Origin: Octopus sinensis
Taxonomy: Eukaryota
Direction: 5' to 3'
Length of the DNA: 64,000 bases
Assembly: GCF_006345805.1 (NCBI RefSeq)
Contig: NC_043017.1
Coordinates: 6,014,001-6,078,000, forward strand
A program made the translations under genes and the position numbers. This document shows positions 37,640 through 50,890 of the stretch, piece by piece. The notes below the pieces were generated by a model. That model did no database searches, was not told the DNA's origin, and saw nothing but the letters and a program-made list of their open reading frames with translations. How positions within the stretch are numbered: the first letter of the stretch is position 1; the number at the start of each line of letters is the position of its first letter.

Positions 37640-38482
37640 AAAACAAACAACAAAACAAAACAAGGAAAAAACAAAAACAAAGAAAAAACCATCATTGATC
37701 TCTCTTATCTCATTTTTCCTGTTACATCTTGTTGCTGCTGCTGTTGTTGTTCTTGTTGTTCTTGTTGTTCTTGTTGTTATTGCTGTTTGTTTTACAACAT
37801 TATATATTTCCAATACTCATTTTTACACCTCTAACCGCCACTCTTCTCATATCCCTTCCCCTCCAGTCCATTCCCCTCCCTCCCTCCCTCCCTCCCTCCC
37901 TCCCCCACATCTCACTTCCTTCCTTGTTCTGTGTCTCATCTTACCTCATGCTTTCTTTCTTTGTTTGTTTTTGCTTTCTTTCTTTCTTTCTTTCGATTGC
38001 TCCTGGTGTGTGCGTATGTGTATGCGTGTATGTGTGTGTGTGTGTGTGTGTGAGTGTATGTTTATGTGTGCCTGTAAGAATGTTAAAGAGAAGTGTGTGT
38101 GTGTGTGTGTGTGGTGTGTGTGTGTGTGTGCATATCTCTAGGTGGATGCATTAATGCTTCTTAATTTATGTACATTTGAACGTATGAATATGCATGTAAG
38201 TACATACATGCTTATCTCTCTATATACAATCGCATACACACACATATATACATACACACACACACACACATACTAAGCTATATATATACATATATAATTT
38301 GGCATGTGTGTCTGCGCCTGTATTTCTAATAATCTGCCAAATTATGTGTTTATATATAGGAATTTGTTTTTTATGCTTATTTATTACGAGTATACATATT
38401 ATTACATATGCAAATATGACTGCGTATGTGTTAGTGAGTGTGTGTATATACATGTGTGTGTGGGTGTGTGTATATATATATA

Positions 38483-38597
<115 letters not shown>

Positions 38598-39387
38598 ATA
38601 TATATATGTGTGTGTGTGTATATATATATTCATTCATTCATTCATTCATTAATGAATGGGATTTATGCTAATAATGGGAATTATTAACATAAATTCCAAT
38701 CAAAGAATTCATTATCCAGCACAGTTATTGAGCACTTCTTCTGTTTTGTTTCTAACGTATGTGGATGTGCGGCGCATTAAATTTATTGTAACCATTACAA
38801 TAACACCAAACAAGACCACCCTATTTGAATGTATGTGCGTGTGTGTGTGTGTGTGTATGTGTGTGTGTGTGAATGCAAGTAAGTTTATATAAATGTAATT
38901 ATGCTTATATATTCATTTACAGGTATTCTTCCTGTGGCATTTCTGTGAAAAAATATTTTCTTTAAACATTTATAATAAAACCAATATCAACCTTTAATAC
39001 TACCAATGTGTGTGCACGTGTGCCCCACGCTATATCAGTTAAGCTTAATTTCATTGTTATAATTCACCACATAGAACTTGTTCTTGTGCCGACACTTCGA
39101 CATGATATACGTTTGTTTTATTACTTTGTACATCGATATACAGCATAAAGACGTGTTGTTACAGAAGCACACACACATGTCCCTATTTTGTTCTGTGAAT
39201 GTTTACTTAGTGTTTCTAATTATTGACCATGCAATATATATGTGTCTTACATCTCCCACTTTAAACCTCATGCTCTTTGCATTTTGATAAGTATAACTCT
39301 TCTATATAGACCGAGATTTGAGTAACTTAATGTGAACTTAGTCATGCATTTCACACCTTGCTTTCTCCCCCTCTCCATATCGGTATG

Positions 39388-39437
<50 letters not shown>

Positions 39438-41146
39438 TGAAGATGTGGTGTTTCTCTTTCCTTCGTACCGAAAGGTGTACTTAGTTAAACAGAGGAATCT
39501 CGAAATTATCCAATCTCATTACAGAGTAATTTCACTCAGTGTTTCCTTCGTCCTCTTGGGATAGAACTTTCCTTCTGTAGACAATTACTTTACTTATATA
39601 TTTGCTATTAAGTGGACACATTTCTCTTGTCTTGTAATTACATTAGGAATTCTTGGCTATTTGTTGTTCTTGCAGCTTTCTCGCAGTTTGTTTTAAATTA
39701 TAATATTAGTTACATGTGCAACAGTAACTGATTTTCACAGTATTCATATTGAACAATTCCCTGTATGTATGTGTGTGTGTGTGTATATATGTACGTAAAA
39801 TCTGTCTGATTAACACGAAGAAATTCCTAATTATATTTTATATTACATTGTTACTGAACGGCAAATAGAAGTAAATTAAATAAATAATTTATTTTGGAAG
39901 TCTGCTAGGTTGTTACTGCTTTAACGTGAGTAAGAAACTAAAATCTTTCTTAAGCCCACTCTTTTCTAATGCGTTGTTATAATAATTAGTAGTTTTGTTA
40001 TAAGTAACTCTGTCAGGGAAAAATGTTAAATATTATTCCTCTTATATTACTGAGTGATTGTATTGCGAATATTTAACTTACAGTAATAATTGAAATACAT
40101 GTAATACAAGTATTACATGTTCGATCAGTTTCTTATATGCTTAGAATTTTCTTATTCTTAAATTTAGGCTTTTATCTAAAAGATTAACTCTGTAATTTCA
40201 AAACTTTTCCCTTTCAGTGCCGAGTTTGAATCCACCGTTGTTAGCTTTTTTTTTTTTTTTGTATGACTTACAGAATAATACATAAACAAATTCATGCTTG
40301 CAGCTACTATATCTCCCAAAGCACTCTAATTAGATTTTTAATCTGCTGCACTAACCAAATGTACCAAAAGGAAGTTAATGAAACTGAACACACTATGTAT
40401 CACAACTAAATCCAAAGCAAAATCACAAAATATATAAAAATACATGAACAGGAATCAAAATCTTTCTGATCAATATGAAACTGCAGTCCTGCAAATCAGA
40501 AACAACTGGTGCAATAGTTTCTATAGAGACATAAAAGTTGTAAACTTCAGGACTCTAACTGTTAAATCGTACATTCAAGTACGACGCTCCAGCATTTTCT
40601 CGTTCGTTGACAATTTACAATAAGGAGGCATTTTAATGTGTTATAATATAGAGCATGAAGCAAAATAACAGATTCAAAAGCGCATCAGATGTTATGCTTC
40701 CATCTTACAGAGAAGTCTTTGAAAAAAAACATACCTCAAACTCTTAAAACATTTCCAAAAGAAAAATGTCCCAAACATGATTTGCTATGGAAACATTATT
40801 GATAACAAAATACGAACCAAAATCCAACACAAACACGAAATACTTAGAATGAATTATGAACGTAACTTGGCGTTTTGTTGGTTACAATATCATTCCAAAG
40901 ATTTTAATGCCTACTACAAAAATACGGAATTAAAACCTCTGGTATCATGTCTTCTTTCAGATGAGATCGAGAAAGTCTCGAAATGATAATGGACATAGGA
41001 GAACTGTTTCTCCAAACTAAAGCATAAAGGACATGTAAAGAAATATAGAAAAGATTAATAAAACAGCTTTAGCTCGATTTAAGTCTTGTCTTCAATATAA
41101 CATGTTTTAAACTACACTATACCTTGTGTGTGTGTGTGTGTTCAGA

Positions 41147-41365
41147 ACCCCTTCAGTCATGAATGATCATGGAATTGTATTTGAAAAGTTCCCCTCAGTA
41201 GCACAAGTCTGGGCAGCCACCGATGTTTATCCAAGGACAAAAACAAAGGCTGATACAACCTAGCACCGGTGACGTTACAACTCATTTCTACTGCTGAGTG
41301 AATTGGAGCTACGTGAAATAAAGTGTCTTGCTCAAGAACGCAACACATAGCTCGGTCCGGGTTGA
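41147..41365 (-). mobile_element. SINE family C (tail Y), head truncated
   Basis: AAAGTGTCTTGCTCAAGAAC core; CAACTCATTTCTAC. Confidence 0.8.
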
Positions 41366-41401
41366 CTCTCTCTCTCTCTCTCTCTCTCTCACTAATATAT
41401 A

Positions 41402-41441
<40 letters not shown>

Positions 41442-41546
41442 AACTATCAAATATGTAAGCCACCACTTTCATTCGTTTGTCTTTTCACTCGTATGTACAT
41501 ATATACGTTTATACAGACATGCATACATTGTGTGTGAGTGTGTATG

Positions 41547-41596
<50 letters not shown>

Positions 41597-41680
41597 TTCT
41601 AAATATGCCCTACAGTGATGTTATGATAATCATGCATCAAAATATCAAAATGAATGCAATGTAGCGTGTGTCGTGTGTTG

Positions 41681-41769
<89 letters not shown>

Positions 41770-42224
41770 ACACACACACGTGGAAGTACACATACGCGCA
41801 CAAACGTTATATTATTGATGTAGTTGCTGAAGATAATGATCAGAGATCAAACTGATTGAATCTTATTGTATTGTAAATATACTCCGCAGAAGTGAGGTTA
41901 ATAAGTACGAAAAATTAAAATCTTATAAACAATAGTTCATTTCAGACATTAATTTAATCTTAAAATAAGTCTGAGTTTTTTGGGTTTTTTTAAAACTTTA
42001 ACTTTTACTTTCTCTTTGAATGACATGTTTAGAGGTCAGCTGACTTATTTCGTTATAGTGTCTAACCATTTTATGAAAGATTCATGTGATACAATAGGTT
42101 TACATTTGACAAAGACAGGTGCAAGGAAATAGAGAGATGAAGGCGTGTGAAGAATAATAAAGAAAGGATAGATGGAAGAGAAGAGAAAGAAGAGGAGAGA
42201 AAGAAGAGAGGAAGGAGAAATTGG

Positions 42225-42620
42225 GAGTAGGGGGCTAGATTATTTATAAAGCCCAAATTCCTAGATTTATAGGTGAACAAGGGAACAGCAATATGCTCGA
42301 TGAATTCGAGCCCCAGTACGTGACTGGTACTTAATTTATCAACCTCTCTGTCATAAAACAAGAAAGTTAACTTTGGTCGGATTGGAATTCAGAAAATAAA
42401 AGAATCGAAATTGCCTCTGCATCACCTTGATAATTCTTTCCAATTTTGGTACAAGGCCAGCAGTTTTGAAGGAAACGGCAAATCGATTAGGTTGGCCTCG
42501 GCATTTGGTCGGAACTTTTAAAAAAACCAGCCCCGAAAGAAAGAAAGGCAACGTTAAAGAGTAGGCAGAAATGTGGCTAAGCATTTTGTCCGACGCGCAA
42601 ATGATTCTGCCTTCTCACTG
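42225..42620 (-). mobile_element. Two decayed SINE family B copies (42225-42345, 42430-42620)
   Basis: ACTGGTACTTAATTTATC; CCGAAAGAAAGAAAGGCAA; ATGATTCTGCC. Confidence 0.65.
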
Positions 42621-42644
42621 ACTTAACATCAACAATAAAAACAT

Positions 42645-42945
42645 GAGCACTCAGAGATCGCAATCCTCCGCCAAGACAACACCAACGTCCTCTCATCGGT
42701 TAGCCAGAGATGGTTTTTAAAATGAGAATATCTGAAATAAACTCAACAGCTCTCACAAACGAGAATACTAAAAATGAACACCACCGCTCTCAAAAATTAA
42801 GTAGAAAAGACAGAAAAGTAAGCCAGAATTCTTGTCCGGCACCGGATCGATCCCAAAACCTAATCAGTTCGTGCCAGTCACAAGGCCAAAGATCCCTGAA
42901 AGTTTTATCTGAATCCATCCAGCAGTTCTTGAGATATCTGGAAGC
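42645..42945. mobile_element. Helitron/Helentron-associated (HINE-like) non-autonomous element
   Basis: AGCACTCAGAGATCGCAATCCTCCGCC start and GAATCCATCCAGCAGTTCTTGAGATATC end resemble molluscan HINE-type repeats (recognition only). Confidence 0.4.
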
Positions 42946-43143
42946 ACAAGGCCTCGAATTTGGGGGGAAGAGATTAAGTCGATTACATCGACTCCAGTGC
43001 GTAGCTGATACTTATTTAATCGAACTCGAAAGGATGAAAGGCAAAGTCGACCTCGGCGGAATTTGAACTCAGAACATAGCGACAGGCGTAATACCGCTAA
43101 GCATTTCGTCCAGCGCGATAACGATTCTGCCAGCTCACCGCCG
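42945..43143 (-). mobile_element. SINE family B (tail 2)
   Basis: Near-consensus core and head. Confidence 0.88.
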
Positions 43144-43179
43144 TTCGCACTGTACTACTACTACTACTACTACTACTAC

Positions 43180-43212
<33 letters not shown>

Positions 43213-43415
43213 CCTTTCTACTGTAGGCACAAGGCCTGAGAAATTGGTGTGGCGGAAGCTAATATTGACCCCAGGGCTTTTTCACTGGTACATTGACCTT
43301 GAAAGGAGGAAAAGTATAGTCGACCTTGGCGATGATTGAACTCAGAAGGTAAAGACGGATGAAATGCCGCTAAGCACTTTTCCCGGCGTGCTAAGAGTTC
43401 TGCCATCTCGCTGCC
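43213..43415 (-). mobile_element. SINE family B (tail 2) ending in (TAT)n/(TAG)n
   Basis: CCTTTCTACTGTAGGCACAAGGCC tail next to (AAT)n. Confidence 0.8.
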
Positions 43416-43419
43416 GTTG

Positions 43420-43768
43420 AAGTGGATACTGCGAGTGAGGACTGCAAAATCCTGTGGAATGCAATGATTCAGTGTAAGCATCAGATTAAACATGGAAAGC
43501 CTGACATTGTTGTGGTGAAAAGAAAAGGGGAAAATATGCCTGGTAATTGATAAAGCATGTCCTGGTGACAACAGGACTGAAGAGAAAGAAGAAAATGTGA
43601 GAAATTATGATGAATTGGAGTGGGAAATACGCAGATTGTGGGCAATGAAGAAAACAGACATGACACCAATGGTGATTATTGGGTATAGAAATATCAGTAC
43701 CGAACTACCAACATGGCTCGAAAAGATTGGTACAAATGTAAAGATAGAACACCTACAAAAATCTGTTT
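43420..43768 (+). pseudogene. R4/Dong-type RLE endonuclease domain remnant
   Basis: CKILWNAMIQCKHQIKHGKPDIVVVKRK..CLVIDKACPGDNRTEEKEE..RNYDELEWEIRRLWAMKK...LQKSV (PD..D/ExK). Confidence 0.88.
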
Positions 43769-43831
43769 CTTTACTACCCACAAGGGGCTAAAACCGAGGA
43801 GACAAACAAGCACAGATAAACGGATTAAGTC
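43768..43831 (-). mobile_element. SINE family B tail cut by the assembly gap
   Basis: TTTCTTTACTACCCACAAGGGGCTAAA. Confidence 0.85.
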
Positions 43832-43931
43832 NNNNNNNNNNNNNNNNNNNNNNNNNNNNNNNNNNNNNNNNNNNNNNNNNNNNNNNNNNNNNNNNNNNNN
43901 NNNNNNNNNNNNNNNNNNNNNNNNNNNNNNN
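43832..43931. other. Assembly gap (100 N)
   Basis: Run of N. Confidence 1.
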
Positions 43932-44269
43932 ATCATGATATTTCATGAAATTACATATTTCGTCACACTTAAAACAGATACACTTACGTATATTATCTAA
44001 AGAGATCTACCAACTGAAATTCAACAAAATTTTATATTTTTGGCTGTAATAAATTCTTAGTAACAAGGAAGCTCTGTCCTCTACCTTATTATCCCCTTTG
44101 CACGCGTAGCCACTGAAAGGAAGAGTTATTCGTGAATTCTTTCTCTGTGAGAGTAGGGTACATTCTTTCTTGGTGTGAAGCTGTGAAACGAAAGCCCCGC
44201 AGATCAAAAATTTGATTTCTAAACTTTTAATATTATCAGACCCCTGTATATATTTATTGCCCATGCGGG

Positions 44270-44652
44270 GCTACACATTGAGGGGACAAACAAGGACAAA
44301 AGGATTTAGTCGATTATATCGGCCCCCGTGCGTAACTGGTAGTTATTTAATCGACCCCGAAAGGTTGAAAGGCAAAGTCGACATCGGCGGAATTTGAAAT
44401 CAGAACGTAACGGCAGGCGAAATACTTATTTCTTTACTACCCACAAGGGGCTAAACACAGAGAGAACAAACAAGGACAGACAAAGGGATTAAGTCGATTG
44501 TATCGACCCCAGTGCGTAACTGGTACTTATTTAATCGACCCCGAGAGGATGAAAGGCAAAGTCGGCCTCGGCGGAATTTGAACTCAGAACGTAGCGGCAG
44601 ATGAAATACCGCTAAACATTTCGCCGGTGTGCTAACGTTCCGCCAGCCGCAG

Positions 44653-44655
<3 letters not shown>
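44270..44655 (-). mobile_element. SINE family B, dimeric body
   Basis: Two cores (~44360, ~44550), one head. Confidence 0.9.
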
Positions 44656-44699
<44 letters not shown>

Positions 44700-44711
44700 A
44701 TATATATATAT

Positions 44712-44777
<66 letters not shown>

Positions 44778-44778
<1 letters not shown>

Positions 44779-45240
44779 TCGTTTAATATTTTTTGTGCAA
44801 GATTTTTTATGTGGAGTCGTGTGTTGAAACAGATATTGTTATATTTCGGAATGGTCATATTGCCAGTTAGCCAATAAAAACACACGCACTATATTATTTG
44901 GTGTATTTTGCTTCAGTGAGTTTTATTTATTTTTTGCATTAATCTTAATCTTATTCGGCCAAAGTTCCTTCGTTCGTCTACCTCCTGTGACAGCCGCTCA
45001 GTGGTCCTTTGTTTTCTTCTCACTACTTGTGTCTCTCCTTACTAACCGGTACCAGCCATTTTGTATTTCTATTGTATGTTCTTCATTTGCGCATGCTTAT
45101 ATCACTGCCGTGTGCGTCTATGTTTATTTAGTGTGTGTGGGGGGATGCCTGTAATATTTGTATCTTCTGGTTATATACATTCTTGTAATTTTTGTATTTT
45201 GTTTGTTGTTGTTGCGGTGTGTTCTAATTTGTAAACATGT
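44778..45240 (-). mobile_element. Inverted pLTR at the 5' end of the Penelope-like element
   Basis: 44835-45240 is the reverse complement of ~46697-47090. Confidence 0.85.
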
Positions 45241-45242
45241 AC

Positions 45243-46420
45243 TCTCGCTATGTGATGATATCAATATAGTAGTAAAGGCAACCCCCACAAGAGAGTAATG
45301 TTGATATAGTAATAGAAAACTAATACTATGGAGAGCATCTAGCAAAATAGCTAACTCCATCCACCAGAGTATTAAGGTCACAATAGAACTACCCCACTAA
45401 ACACCCCAACCATAGACTACCAGTACTAGACACTGAACTCTGGCTAGAAATTGTGAAATAAAACCCAAATCCTTCATTCATACTATGCAAAACCTATGGC
45501 CTCAAAATACCTGATCCACCGGAACTCAGCCATTGCGGGCAATGCCAAATTCAACTATTTGATGGCAGACCTCGTCAGAATAATGAGAAATGTGTCACGC
45601 ATGTGCGAGCCTACAGAATTAAAGAGACACATACAGTATTTCATTCACCGCATGCAGTTCTCAGGTTACAGCCATATAAGAAAGGATCAGAGTATACAAA
45701 GGAGCCATGAAGAAATTTGATAATATATTATGTAATGATAGGAATGGGATTTGCCCACTCTATAGGAACAAGTCATGGAACACTATAGAAAGGACAAAAA
45801 AAAAGAAAATAGGGAAGGCCAACTCTTGGTATGATAGCCTAAATACCAGAGTGTCATTGTTCGTTGACACCACCACCCCTGGAGGTGAACTGGCGTACCG
45901 CTTTAGAAGGACCCTAGATAAACTTAACTAAGAATTAGGTTGTTGAAAAGCCAGGCAACCCTATCAGATCTATTAATTGGTAGAACCTATCCTTTTTAGT
46001 AGAACTCTCTGTATGGATAACTATTGCACTGTATGTAGATTTAGCCCACAAACAAACTGTAAAGCCAGGAAATGTGGTCTATAGTATAAGATGTATAGAG
46101 AGACGATGCAGTAACAAGACAGTAACATACGTAGGGGAAACAGCAAGAAGCATTGGAGAGCGGGTGAATGAGAACATTGGAGACAACTCAAGGAAGGTAA
46201 AAGCTCATCGATTCTGTACCAACACGCCGACCAAGAACACGGGGGATCAATCAATAACATAGAGATTAAGATATTGTCCACACATAGAACAGATGCAACA
46301 ATTAGACAAATTACAGAAGCTACACATATAATAGAAAATAAACCTAGCCTGAATAGAAAACTAGAATGGAGAATAGCACACACAAAACATATGACGATAG
46401 TGGATCCTGCAAACATAATA
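45243..46420 (+). pseudogene. Penelope-like element (Neptune-like) ORF remnant: RT C-terminal half, thumb, Cys linker, GIY-YIG endonuclease
   Basis: RYV(D)DINIVV at ~45245; LPVLDTELWLE; KPMASKYLIHRNSA...RMQFSGY; NCKARNVVYSIRCIERRC...YVGETARSIGERVNE; IRQITEATHIIENKPSLN; several frameshifts. Confidence 0.9.
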
Positions 46421-46696
46421 ATACACAGATAATTAAAGAAATAGAAATGAATAACTATATATATGTATGTGTGTATATGTGTGTATATGTGTGTGTGTAT
46501 ATGTGTAATATATTGTGTATTGTGTATATGTATATATGTATATATGTGTTGTGTATATATTATATAGTATGTAGATATGTATGTATATATATATATATTT
46601 TTTTTTTTCGATTAGATTTATTATTATTATTACTAATATGTTGTTATACATACATACACAAGCATATGTAATGATAATATATGGGTGGATGTAAAC

Positions 46697-47087
46697 ACAT
46701 GAACAAAGTTAGAACAAAAGCACCAACAACAAAAACAAAATACAAATTACAAGAATGTATATAACCAGAAGATACAAAATATTACGGGCATCCCCCCCAC
46801 ACACACACTAAATAAACATAGACGCGCATAGTGATATAAGCATGCGCAATGAAGGACATTACAATAGAAATACAAAATGGCTGACGGTTAGTAAGGAGAG
46901 ACACAAGTAAGTGAGAAGAAACACAAAGGACCACTGATGCGGTCACAGGAGTGTGACGAAAGAACTTTGGCCGAAATAAGATTAAGATTAATGCTAAAAA
47001 TAAATATCACTGAAGCAAATACACCAAATATATCGTTGCGTGTGTTTTTATTGGCTAAACTGGCAATATGACCATTCCGAAATATAA

Positions 47088-47090
<3 letters not shown>
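46697..47090 (+). mobile_element. 3' pLTR of the Penelope-like element
   Basis: Pairs with 44835-45240; contains a degenerate CTGATG...GAAA motif at 46928-46972. Confidence 0.85.
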
Positions 47091-47138
<48 letters not shown>

Positions 47139-47282
47139 TTTGATTTTGATGATTTTGATTTTTCCAGTTCAGCCCATGAGCTGTGGGCACATGCTGGGGC
47201 ACCGCCATTTTATATATATCATATATATATATATATATATATCTCCAGCTCTTTTATTTTAGTGTACGCATACTATATTATT

Positions 47283-47655
47283 TTAGTGTGTGTGTGTGCG
47301 TGCACGCGCTCTAGCATATTTGTTGCATGAAAGTGACACCGGGGTAGGAATATACAAAGCCCAGTATACCCATCATGACTACCCGTCCTATAAGGATACA
47401 CTAGGTACATGCATCTCAAGATTTTTGCTCACTGTTCCCAGAGCTCCGACAATTATTGGTACTACTGCTACCTATTTCATCGACCACAACTGCTTAACTT
47501 CCCAAGCTAACCTGTCATATCCCTCAACTCTTCTTTCTTCCTTATCGCATACCTTGTTGTCAGCTGGGCATGCTATATCTATGATCCAGCATAGTTTGTT
47601 TTCTTTCTCAATTAAGACTATGTCCGGCTTCCTATTCTCTAAAACATGGTCGCAC
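47283..47655 (-). pseudogene. 5'-truncated R4/Dong-type LINE (RLE domain + 3' UTR) bounded by (TAA)n
   Basis: CDHVLENRKPDIVLIEKENKLCWIIDIACPADNKVCDKEE..GYDRLAWEVKQLWSMK*VAVVPIIVGALG. Confidence 0.88.
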
Positions 47656-47689
47656 TATTATCATTATTATTATTATTATTATTATTATT

Positions 47690-48236
47690 GAGTGAGAGAG
47701 CAGTTCATGCCATCAAAGTGACACTGGGGTAAAATATACGAAGCCCAATATACCCATCATGACTACCCGTCTGATAAGGCACTTGCATCACAACCATATG
47801 TGCGCGACATGGTGATCTCATATCAAGATAAACAGCACATGACCTTGCAGGTGGGGCCCAGTTAGAAATTTCTTCAGTTGAGTAGCCCATCCCGCTCAAA
47901 AGGTCCCTGAATAAGGGTTGTTAAGGATGTTGAAAGAACCACCCCATGTTTCCAGAGTGAATTATTCAAACTCCAAAGAATTCCTCAAAACATGGCTATG
48001 ATGCTCCCCACTACTTCTGCTCATGATCAGAGATGAGATGCATGTATCGTCAGCCACTAAGGGACATGCTCAACTGGTTAAGGTCAAACAACTGACAAGC
48101 AAATCTGTGGTATTGAGCAGAATATTTGCTGTAGCCCATCTTTTATACCAACACAAAACAATGTACATGATAACACTTCCAATCAGTTAAGATCAGAAGC
48201 CATGAGAGCCTCTGCCTGGTACTGCATCAGGGCATT
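47690..48236 (-). mobile_element. Non-autonomous ~550-bp element sharing the 3' UTR of the adjacent R4/Dong-type LINE, flanked by (TAA)n on both sides
   Basis: AAAGTGACACTGGGGTAAAATATACGAAGCCCAATATACCCATCATGACTACCCGTC matches 47328-47388; no RT/RLE coding sequence. Confidence 0.8.
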
Positions 48237-49209
48237 TATTATTATTATTATATTATTATTATTATTATTATTTTATGTGTAATATTGCTTTCTCTGTTAT
48301 CTGTGGGTTCGAGTCCCACGCGGATAGGAAAGCCTTCTTTTTTCTACCAAGGACTTATATGACCCTTTATTAGACTATTTCCTTAGCCATTGCACGGTGA
48401 TTGCCATAAGCTTTTAATTAAGCTTATATAAAAATATCATTATTATGTACAGGCTTGTAAAACACGGCACCGGATTAAAAAAAAATACCATTCACACCGA
48501 AAGCATGTCGAGATATATTTTAAGAGATATATAACACCCACTTCTTGATATATTAGAAACGGCAACCAAATATCCTTTAGGTCCTGTAAGGGAACATATA
48601 CATAGCTACTCGGTCTTTTAAGAACAGTAGCCGAAATCTTCCTCAAATCCCACCATACTGCTGTTCTTTTTTTAGTAGCATTATAAACACAAGAGGTTGT
48701 CGGCCTAGATATGAAATAAGAGCACGAATTAGCAACGCTTTGTTGAATGCATTTCATTATTTCTTCTCGATCAATACTGACCCATGGCTAAACAACTGTA
48801 TCACAAAATGGTAGCATCGTTGCCAAAATACATTCGATTCCTTGTACGTTCAATTTGGATTCTCTTCATATTCTTAATTTCTTTAAAACAATATCTGAAG
48901 ACATTGGACAAGATCTCTTTGGTGATTTTTGTTTTTATGTTATTTTATTTTTTTGCTGTTTTTTTCTTTTGTTTTCATTATTTTTTTCTTCTTCTTATAT
49001 TGATCCGAATTATCTTTGTGCAGACTAATTGGTCGCAGACTTTTAAATTCTTCAGTATTCCATATCTATCGAAGATCTATTACTAATTGCAAGAAAGAAT
49101 AGCTAGCAGTAATAGTAGTGGGATGTGATGATATATACACACGCACACATATGTATAAACGAGCGCTCGCGCGCACATAGACGCACGTGTACCCATATAT
49201 ATATGGGAC

Positions 49210-50890
49210 GTTAACTATATATATAAATACACACACACATATATGTATATACACACATATATATATAAATGCACACACACATATATGTACATACACTCAT
49301 ACATATATATATAAATACACACACACATATATGTACATACACACATACATATATATATAAATGCACACACACATATATGTACATACACACATATATATAT
49401 AAATGCACACACACATATATGTACATACACACATACATACATATATAAATACACACACACATATATGTACATACACACACACACATATATATATAAATAC
49501 ACACACACACACATATATGTACATACACATACATATATATATATAAATACACACACACTTATATGTACATACACACATACATATATATATAAATGCACAC
49601 ACACATATATGTACATACACACATACATATATAAATGCACACACACATATATATACACACACACACATATATATAAATGCACATACACATATATGTACAT
49701 ACACACATACATATATATATATAAATGCACACACACACATATATGTACATACACACATACATATATAAATGCACACACACATATATATACACACACACAT
49801 ATATAAATGCACACACACATATATGTACATAGACACATACATATATATATAAATACACACACACATATATGTACATACACACATACATATATAAATGCAT
49901 ACACACATATATGTACATGCACACATACATATATATATAAATGCACACACACATATATGTACATACACACATACATATATATATAAATGCACACACACAT
50001 ATATGTACATACACACATAGATATATATATATAAATGCACACACATATATGTACATACACACATACATATATATATAAATGCTCACACACATATATGTAC
50101 ATACACACATACATATATATATAAATACACACACACATATATGTACATACACACACACACATATATATATAAATGCACACACACATATATGTACATACAC
50201 ACATACATATATTAATATAAATGCACACACACATATATGTACATACACACATACATATATATATATAAATACACACACACATATATGTACATACACACAT
50301 ACATATATATATAAATACACACACACATATATGTACATACACACATACATATATATATATAAATGCACACACACATATATGTACATACACACATACATAT
50401 ATATAAATACACACACACATATATGTACATACACACATACATATATATAAATGCACACACACACATATATGTACATACACACATACATTATATATATAAA
50501 TGCACACACATATATGTACATACACACATACATATAGATATAAATACACACACCATATATGTACATAACACATATACATATAATTATATATATAATGCAC
50601 ACACACATATATGTACATACACAACATACATATATATATAAATACACACACACATATATGTACATACACACATACATATATATATATAAATGCACACACA
50701 CATATATGTACATACACACATACATATATATATAAATACACACACACACATATATGTACGTACACACATACATATATATAAATACACACACACACATGTA
50801 CATACACACATACATATATATATATAAATACACACACACATATATGTACATACGCACATACATATATATATAAATGCACACACACATATG
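49210..50890. repeat. 1.7-kb higher-order minisatellite, ~40-44 bp unit (AT)nAAATGC(AC)nATATATGTACATACACACATAC
   Basis: Roughly 40 units by eye; source of the 556/454-aa pseudo-ORFs. Confidence 0.93.

Noticed and set aside
38700-40300. Unique AT-rich stretch with scattered plus-strand splice-like signals (38757, 38921, 39580)
   Set aside because: No consistent exon chain or recognisable protein; could be intron or UTR.
40350-41000. Possible decayed Penelope GIY-YIG tail with CAGATGA...GAAA motif at ~40958
   Set aside because: No diagnostic residues recoverable by eye; the core is mutated.
48170-48236. Slight resemblance of the non-autonomous element 5' end to U1 snRNA
   Set aside because: Only a short patchy match; no Sm site or stem-loop pattern.
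48303-48319. Perfect T-arm/B box GTGGG-TTCGAGT-CCCAC
   Set aside because: No D-arm, A box or anticodon arm upstream; at most a tRNA or SINE relic.
48784-49086. Hydrophobic 100-aa ORF
   Set aside because: Hydrophobicity comes from T-rich low-complexity DNA.
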